64,000 nt of DNA from a virus: IMG/VR virus record IMGVR_UViG_3300047564_004575, positions 8,661-72,660 of that record, one strand, 5' to 3'. Positions 57,756-64,000 of the stretch are shown here, piece by piece. The notes below the pieces were generated by a model, which was given only the letters and a program-made list of their open reading frames with translations, had not been told where the DNA came from and made no database searches. A program made the position numbers and the translations under genes. Within the stretch, counting starts at the first letter, position 1. Every line of letters starts with the position of its first letter.

Positions 57756-58007
57756 CTACTGGGGTAGGTCTAGCATAATCGGACTGACTGGCTTTTTTCT
57801 AGTAGTCCGTTTCACTGTTTCAGGATTTTCATCGCTATCAATAAAAACCCCTAACTCAATAAGCTTACTGTAATCAGGATGGGCTTTAATGGCAGATTCT
57901 TGAGCTTCGCTTAACTCATTAAGCCCTGCTTTTAAAGTAACTTTACCCATCCGAAATACATTCGACTTACCTAGTGGATTGTAGGCAGGTTTGTAGACTA
58001 ATTGCAT
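57756..58007 (-). CDS. Small virion-associated hypothetical protein
   Basis: Follows the capsid gene; GGAGG RBS; VTLKAGLNEL motif. Confidence 0.65.
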   Translation of the reverse strand: MQLVYKPAYNPLGKSNVFRMGKVTLKAGLNELSEAQESAIKAHPDYSKLIELGVFIDSDENPETVKRTTRKKPVSPIMLDLPQ

Positions 58008-58017
58008 AATCTACCTC

Positions 58018-58983
58018 CTAGATGCCGACGGATAATTTGGGTACGAAGCGATACTCAAATTGATCGGGATAATCCATACGGACTTGACCAATGTCTTTTA
58101 GAAAGACTTGGGTATAAGTGCCCATGGAATAATCCAAGGGAATTTGGCGGGGATTGTTATAGGAACGGCTAGCTACCATATCATTAATGGGAGCAACCAT
58201 TACTAAATCTTTGTTAGTGCCAGCGGATTGAAGTCCGTACGCCACTAACACTTCAGACTTACACTCTTCTAATGCAATGAAACCCCGTAGAGTACCACCA
58301 CCAGCCGGGCCAAGGTTAGCCAGAATAGAACTGGTTACAGTAACAGAAGTATTGGGCAGAAACTGAGTAGCCCAATAGTTGATCAGGCGACGGGGGGCGA
58401 CAATAACCGCTACTTGAGCGACGTTATTAGTCCGGTCTGGTAGTCCCGTGTAACAATCATTCAAAAAGGCGACAGAGTCTAAAGCGTCAGTACCCGAATT
58501 AGTGGGGTCATAGCTAGAGTTTTCACTGGGAACATCGGGATTGTTAAAAAACCCAGTGATGCCCAACGCCGCGTTACCAGCAAGGATGAACTTTTGCTCC
58601 GCCTCTGCAAATACGCGGGGGACAAAGCTAGAACGACGGGTGACGATATCACGGGGCGTAGAACGATTAGAACTGGCATAACCAGCCTGTTCTAGCTCTA
58701 CATGATTCCATTGAACACCAGTCGCAAAGGTAACAACACGATAGCCTTGTTCATCTTCAGTGAAGTTAATCAAGGGGATATCTTTGGAGTCTTTGGAGTA
58801 AATCAAAGCCTCACCAGCTTGCTCCATTAACTCTTTAGATTCGTACTGAACACCAACGGGTAAATCAGCAGCGGCGGGTACTAACGCCCCGTCAGCAATG
58901 GGTAACTCAGGCATCGGACGCATTAAAACGCCAGGTAGTTTGCGCTCTAATTCCCGATTTAAAATATTGCGAAAATCAGTCAT
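58018..58983 (-). CDS. Major capsid protein (DUF2184-like)
   Basis: DIPLI, W...ELEQA, G...LGITGFFNNPDV; 321 aa after the decoration gene. Confidence 0.85.
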   Translation of the reverse strand: MTDFRNILNRELERKLPGVLMRPMPELPIADGALVPAAADLPVGVQYESKELMEQAGEALIYSKDSKDIPLINFTEDEQGYRVVTFATGVQWNHVELEQAGYASSNRSTPRDIVTRRSSFVPRVFAEAEQKFILAGNAALGITGFFNNPDVPSENSSYDPTNSGTDALDSVAFLNDCYTGLPDRTNNVAQVAVIVAPRRLINYWATQFLPNTSVTVTSSILANLGPAGGGTLRGFIALEECKSEVLVAYGLQSAGTNKDLVMVAPINDMVASRSYNNPRQIPLDYSMGTYTQVFLKDIGQVRMDYPDQFEYRFVPKLSVGI

Positions 58984-58994
58984 TTTTAGCCCTC

Positions 58995-59510
58995 CTATAG
59001 GTCAATTTCAACACGAACTAACTGACCGGCTACTGCGTCAGATAACAGCTTTAATCCGGCAATCAAATCAGCTTTACTGGTATCTGCATTAGCTCGAATT
59101 CGTCCTAATGCCTCGTTAGCGCCGGGAGTACTATTGGCAGTATGGCGGAAATAAATAGCGGATCCTTTGGTGATGTTGGTTTCTGGCAACATCCAAATAA
59201 TGGCTTTTTTAGCTAAGGTCAAGGGGTAGTCAGGGGGCGTACCAGGATTACCTGAAAACTGACTGTTAGCCTCATAATGTGCCAAGGCAATAGAAACACC
59301 CGCAACAGTTTGGCTAGCAGTGGATGGTAAACCCTGACCGCCAGACTTATTAACAACTACGCGACCAAAAGGAATCGACGTAGTGTCAGCATTGATGAAC
59401 CCTTCTAAAGTTCCCCGCAAATCAAAGTTAGTGGTAGACCCAGCGGGTGCGCCCTCATAACCTTTGGGAGAAAAATAGGAATAATTTGTGAGCGAAATAT
59501 CAGAAGTCAT
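58995..59510 (-). CDS. Capsid decoration/cement protein
   Basis: IPFGRVV, AGVS, IWM, IYFR motifs; between protease and capsid genes. Confidence 0.75.
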   Translation of the reverse strand: MTSDISLTNYSYFSPKGYEGAPAGSTTNFDLRGTLEGFINADTTSIPFGRVVVNKSGGQGLPSTASQTVAGVSIALAHYEANSQFSGNPGTPPDYPLTLAKKAIIWMLPETNITKGSAIYFRHTANSTPGANEALGRIRANADTSKADLIAGLKLLSDAVAGQLVRVEIDL

Positions 59511-59512
59511 TG

Positions 59513-60703
59513 TTAGTTACCCCCAAAAATAGAGTAGGCATTTTTGGCAATTCGTTCATTGTGGGACGCAAAAGCTTTAGCTAAAGCATCGCCACTTGCT
59601 TCGGCATCTTGGGTATTAACCAAAATATCCTGGGCAGGGGAAGTTTTAGCGGAGTTAGACTGTTGCAAACCAGCGTAAAACGCATCAACATAGTCATCGG
59701 ATTTATCCGACAGGTCTAAGCCCTTTTGAGCTTTAATCGCAGCCCGTTTCAAGTCAGCAACGGACAACCCAAATACAGCGTCACCGCTATCATTAAGCAT
59801 TGGCTTAACTTCAGCATAAGTCTGCAACCAAGCTTTACGACTATCAGCATCGAGTGACGTATTAGCCGCATCGGACAACTGAAGTTTCTTGGCTTCTAGT
59901 TCACCGTTAGCCGCGTCTAACTGTTTGGTTAAATCAGCGTTTAAAACCTTGAGCGATTCAATTTCAGACTCAAGGGAGCCAATAGAATCAGTTAATTTAA
60001 CGACTTTACCATTTAGGTCTTTAGAGTCTTTCGTTAACGTTTCAAACGTCTTAAAGATATCTTTGGCGTTATCGCCCGATAGCTCTACGCTAGAACCGTC
60101 AAACAGACTAATCGAAAATTTCTTTTCCATAATCAAAGTTTGAATAATACCTACATTATCTATATTAATACTATCATTTTGACTATCAAAAGTAGCATTA
60201 TCTCCCGCTCTAGCTTTTTCAACTAACGCAACGTGATTACCGCTTAAAGCCTTGACGACCATGTCGTAAGATTCGCCATCATATTCCCCCTTAAAATCAT
60301 CAAGCTCTACTTGTTTTGCCCCCACACTTAACTGATTAAAACCATCAAAGAAAGCTTTAATTGCTTTTTTATGGGTCAATAAAATCTTGCCCTTAGCCCA
60401 ACCGGTAGCATCATCAAACCAAGTATCGGTTAATGTCCCACTAAATTCTTTATCTGAATTGTGAATATCAATCCCCCCTTTGGGGTGATTCACTGTTACG
60501 GGTTTATTTTTTAACTTTTCCGCCGTGAGCTTAACAATCTCTGGCGATCGATAGAGCTTATAGACTTTACCTGGGTCTTTCCCTAGCTCTTTCCCGCTGT
60601 ACGCCATCACACCCACACGGGCGATATTGCCAGTCAATTCTAAAAACCCCTCATCAGTCACCCTAGCTGAGCTAGGAAGCGTTGCAAAATCGTCAATAAT
60701 CAT
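59513..60703 (-). CDS. Prohead protease/scaffold (DUF2213-like)
   Basis: TDEGFL...IARVGV..Y, KPVTVNHP, NHVALVEKARAG; coiled-coil scaffold C-terminus. Confidence 0.88.
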   Translation of the reverse strand: MIIDDFATLPSSARVTDEGFLELTGNIARVGVMAYSGKELGKDPGKVYKLYRSPEIVKLTAEKLKNKPVTVNHPKGGIDIHNSDKEFSGTLTDTWFDDATGWAKGKILLTHKKAIKAFFDGFNQLSVGAKQVELDDFKGEYDGESYDMVVKALSGNHVALVEKARAGDNATFDSQNDSINIDNVGIIQTLIMEKKFSISLFDGSSVELSGDNAKDIFKTFETLTKDSKDLNGKVVKLTDSIGSLESEIESLKVLNADLTKQLDAANGELEAKKLQLSDAANTSLDADSRKAWLQTYAEVKPMLNDSGDAVFGLSVADLKRAAIKAQKGLDLSDKSDDYVDAFYAGLQQSNSAKTSPAQDILVNTQDAEASGDALAKAFASHNERIAKNAYSIFGGN

Positions 60704-60752
60704 AATCCCTCCAAGGTCTATACCAACATCTTAGAGACGGCGATCTGAGTTT

Positions 60753-60822
60753 TTGCATATTCCTGGAGTTTCTAAAGTATATGCAACACTTTTTAGAGTC
60801 CTTGCGGGGTAAGGGTTTTAGG
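60753..60822 (-). repeat. Dispersed 70-bp repeat, copy G
   Basis: Reverse complement reads CCTAAAACCCTTACCCCGCAAGGACTCTAAAAAGTGTTGCATATACTTTAGAAACTCCAGGAATATGCAA. Confidence 0.9.
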
Positions 60823-60849
60823 TTATTTTAGTGATGTGGGCTTTGCTGC

Positions 60850-61404
60850 CTAATCTTTGTCTTGATCGTGATAACTAGGATGATTTGATGGCGGTCTATT
60901 GTTATTGCTTCTGTAGTGAATAGGTATTCCCTGATTTTGTAATTGTTTAGCAATGCCAATCATTTCTCCAGTTAGGTAGTCAACTTGTTTACCCAGTCGA
61001 TTAACCGTAGCGTTTCGAGCGTCTAGCCCCTCCCCCAGTTTTTTTAGATCAGAGCGAATCTCCACAGCAAATAATTCAAAGCCATGACAGATATCGCTAG
61101 CACTTTGGGCTATATCAGTTTTAAATGCTAGTCTAATATCTTCCTTAAATTCCTTTCGGTGTACTTCTTCCTTTTCTTTTTCCAAATCAATACGTTTTTC
61201 TAAGTCGTCTAAATCTTTAACGCTTTTTTCTACATTTGAAGATAAACCTCTCACCCACCAAACAATAGAGAAAAACAAAACTAGCCCCCCAACGACAGAC
61301 CCCATTAATAAATCTAAGGGGACATTAATCTGTTCAGCCGAAACCTGGACAGGAATTTCTTCAGATTCGGCAGCAATAACAGTCTGATTGAAAGGATTAA
61401 GCAT
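60850..61404 (-). CDS. Single-TM coiled-coil protein (possible lysis accessory)
   Basis: TM segment LLMGSVVGGLVLFFSIVWWV, then coiled coil; divergent from the endolysin. Confidence 0.55.
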   Translation of the reverse strand: MLNPFNQTVIAAESEEIPVQVSAEQINVPLDLLMGSVVGGLVLFFSIVWWVRGLSSNVEKSVKDLDDLEKRIDLEKEKEEVHRKEFKEDIRLAFKTDIAQSASDICHGFELFAVEIRSDLKKLGEGLDARNATVNRLGKQVDYLTGEMIGIAKQLQNQGIPIHYRSNNNRPPSNHPSYHDQDKD

Positions 61405-61464
61405 TGTTTTGAAAGGGTATATATTAACATCTTAAAATAACCCTGTAGGTTACTAAGAGTTTTT

Positions 61465-62946
61465 ATGGATAAGGGAATTGAACTAATCAAAAAATGGGAA
61501 GGCTTACGGCTTAATGCTTATTTATGCCCAGCCAAGGTTTGGACAATTGGTTATGGTTCGACTCGCATCAATGGTCGCCCAGTCAAGAAAGGGGACAAAT
61601 TAGCCAATGAAAAAGAAGCTGATAACCTATTACGTCAATCAATCAAAGTTGAGTTTTTGCCAGCATTAGAAAAAATCCCCGTTTGGCGTAAATTAAATCG
61701 TAATCAGCAAGGGGCATTATTAAGCTTTGCCTATAACCTTGGTGCTAACTTTTATGGGTCTAATGGTTTCGAGACAATCACTAAAGCCTTAAACAACGAT
61801 TTAAACGCAGTACCAGAGGCAATGATGCTTTATGTTATGGGCGGCGGTAAGCGTTTAGATGGGCTGGTTAATCGCCGTAAAGAGGAAGGTTTGTTGTGGA
61901 TGGAACCCGTACAAGCTATAACGCCTACCGAGCCTAATCCGATTGATTTAATTAAGTATCCTGCTACGGTTTTAATTGGTGAGAAGTTTGACATCATTGG
62001 CAAGTTCTACGGTGAACCTGACGTTAAAATAATGGTGTTAGCTGATGGTAAGTTTCCATTGCCAGAATGTCAGGTTAAGGATGGCGTAATTGATTATGAA
62101 TGTGTATTGAATACCGATGGCGATCGCCGCATTACATTCAACTATCAAAATCACTCTCAATCTATTGACATCAAAGTTACGTCTATTGATAAGACTCAAA
62201 CGGTGAAAAGTGACCTTATTTTGATGGGTAGTGTTGGTAATGGAGGCAAGAATAACCCTGAAGATGTCAAAAAAGCTCAGTTTGTCCTAAAAGAATTGGG
62301 TTATTCCGTTGGTGAGGTTGATGGTAAGGTTGGGGCTAAAACCATTCAGGCTATCAAACTATTTCAATCAATCATTAATGGACAGTCTACAGTTTCTAGT
62401 GATGGTCGCATTGATGCAAACGGCAAAACTCACAAATGGCTAAATGCTAAAAATGCCCCCCGTTGGCAGATTATGCCAAACACCAATAAAGCCATTGGGT
62501 TTCGTAATCGGGAATTAGAGGAAACTCAAGACCATCATGATTACGGCACTGATTGGATGGCGGGAATGTTATTGTGGATTGCCAAAAAATATCAGGCTGA
62601 TTATCTATCTAAAAACCCCAAGGCATCCTTATTTACAATTAATGACGTTAGCTTGCCTACAGGGGGAAATACCCCAGACCATTCAGGGCATGAAACGGGT
62701 TTAGCTTGTGATATTTACTTGCCCCGGACTGATGGTAATAGCGGCGGGATTGATTATCTTTCAGCGTCCTATGATCGCAATGCATCAAGGGCGATGTTAA
62801 AGGCGATTAATTCCTGTCCTACTATCAATAAAAGCCGAATCTTTTTCAATGATCCTATATTAGTTAGTGAAGGTTTATGTCGCTCTGTAAGAGGGCATCA
62901 CCATCACTTTCACATTGAAGTTAAAGTTCCACCTATTCAATATTAA
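61465..62946 (+). CDS. Multidomain endolysin: GH24 lysozyme, peptidoglycan-binding domain, MepA-like Zn endopeptidase
   Basis: IKKWEGLRL.AY.C...WTIGYG, GLVNRRKEE; QFVLKELGY...VDG.VG.KT..AIK.FQ; HSGHETGLACD, HHHHFHI. Confidence 0.85.
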   Translation: MDKGIELIKKWEGLRLNAYLCPAKVWTIGYGSTRINGRPVKKGDKLANEKEADNLLRQSIKVEFLPALEKIPVWRKLNRNQQGALLSFAYNLGANFYGSNGFETITKALNNDLNAVPEAMMLYVMGGGKRLDGLVNRRKEEGLLWMEPVQAITPTEPNPIDLIKYPATVLIGEKFDIIGKFYGEPDVKIMVLADGKFPLPECQVKDGVIDYECVLNTDGDRRITFNYQNHSQSIDIKVTSIDKTQTVKSDLILMGSVGNGGKNNPEDVKKAQFVLKELGYSVGEVDGKVGAKTIQAIKLFQSIINGQSTVSSDGRIDANGKTHKWLNAKNAPRWQIMPNTNKAIGFRNRELEETQDHHDYGTDWMAGMLLWIAKKYQADYLSKNPKASLFTINDVSLPTGGNTPDHSGHETGLACDIYLPRTDGNSGGIDYLSASYDRNASRAMLKAINSCPTINKSRIFFNDPILVSEGLCRSVRGHHHHFHIEVKVPPIQY

Positions 62947-62948
62947 TT

Positions 62949-63977
62949 ATGCAACCTACTCCAATTTTTAACCCATCAGGCAATGACGATACTAGCAGTC
63001 GTACAATTTGGTTTGGTGAAACGACAAACCTGATGCAATTAAACGATGTTAGGTATCAATGGGCAGTATCTCTTTATGAACAAATGAGAGGTAACTTTTG
63101 GATTCCCCAACGATTAGACCTAACAGCCGATGTTACCGATTACAACAATTTAACCGACCAAGAGCGGCGAGCATTTGATGGGATTTTGTCCTATTTGACC
63201 TTTTTGGATAGCACCCAAACTTGCAATATTCCTCATCTAAAATTGCCGATTACTGCCCCTGAAATTAGCCTTTGTATGGCAGAGCAAATCAGTCAGGAGG
63301 GTATGCACAATCAAAGCTATCAGTACATGATTGAAACAATCATTCCTGGCGATCGCCGTTCTTTGGTCTACGATTTTTGGCGGGAAGATAAGGTTTTGTT
63401 AGGACGTTGTGAATATATCGCAAGTCTTTATCAAGCGTATGTAGACAATCCAACGGATGAAAATTACTTTATTGCTTTGATTGCTGATTACGTTCTAGAA
63501 GGGCTTTATTTTTATACGGGATTTAATTTTTACTACACACTAGCAAGTCGTCAATTAATGGCGGGAAGTGCTGATATTTTCCGAATGATTAACCGTGATG
63601 AACTTAGCCACGTTCGACTTTATCAAAAGATTTTACCTGAAGCTATAGAAACGTTTAAGCCATCCATCGATCAAATTTATGACATTTTTGGTGAAGCAGC
63701 TAACCAGGAAATTAACTGGACAAATCACATCATTGGCAATGAAATACTAGGCATTACAGACAAGTCTACAGAGCAATATGTTAAGTTTCTAACTAACAAA
63801 AGACTAAAAGCAATTGGATTGCAAGAAATATTTCCTGGCTTCAATAAGTCGCCTTATGGTCACTTAGAAAACTTTGCAGATACCGAAGGAGAAGCTAACA
63901 CCAAAGCCAATTTTTTTGAGGCAACTGTTACTAGTTATATGATGAGTTCAACAGTTAACGGATGGGATGACTTTTAA
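62949..63977 (+). CDS. nrdB: Ribonucleotide reductase class I beta subunit
   Basis: NFWIPQ, LTFLDS, EGMHNQSY, LEGLYFYTGF, INRDELSH, NFFE..VTSY. Confidence 0.93.
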   Translation: MQPTPIFNPSGNDDTSSRTIWFGETTNLMQLNDVRYQWAVSLYEQMRGNFWIPQRLDLTADVTDYNNLTDQERRAFDGILSYLTFLDSTQTCNIPHLKLPITAPEISLCMAEQISQEGMHNQSYQYMIETIIPGDRRSLVYDFWREDKVLLGRCEYIASLYQAYVDNPTDENYFIALIADYVLEGLYFYTGFNFYYTLASRQLMAGSADIFRMINRDELSHVRLYQKILPEAIETFKPSIDQIYDIFGEAANQEINWTNHIIGNEILGITDKSTEQYVKFLTNKRLKAIGLQEIFPGFNKSPYGHLENFADTEGEANTKANFFEATVTSYMMSSTVNGWDDF

Positions 63978-64000
63978 GATACTAATAGGGTCGTGGTTGG

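Overview
This window is part of a temperate, siphovirus-type cyanophage or prophage. About 40 HIP1 GCGATCGC sites (counted by eye), a XisA-like tyrosine integrase and an nblA gene point to a cyanobacterial host. It encodes terminase, portal, capsid, tail and a 3736-aa tape measure, but in an unusually scrambled order. It also carries replication and nucleotide genes (dnaN, primase-helicase, SF2 helicase, thyX, dcd, nrdB), two DNA methyltransferases, a sigma factor, about seven antirepressor-like genes and a multidomain endolysin. The standout locus is 18595-20595 on the minus strand. A stand-alone Cas7/RAMP-like gene is followed by about 830 bp of non-coding DNA holding six tracts of strictly phased 5-nt units (RNA sense GYY-NN: constant trinucleotide, variable dinucleotide). 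Five tracts end in a hairpin. Four of the five junctions hold either a real tRNA-Cys or a 42-43-nt mini-tRNA with covarying stems, and a small accessory gene follows. I interpret this as a non-CRISPR RNA-guided system using a gapped code (VIPR-like), with guides probably released by host tRNA-processing nucleases. Other notable elements are seven copies of a 70-bp lox/operator-like repeat, a candidate attP, an enlarged tRNA-like RNA, and a -1 frameshift tail-chaperone pair far from the tail genes. All protein calls come from motif recognition by eye, not database searches.
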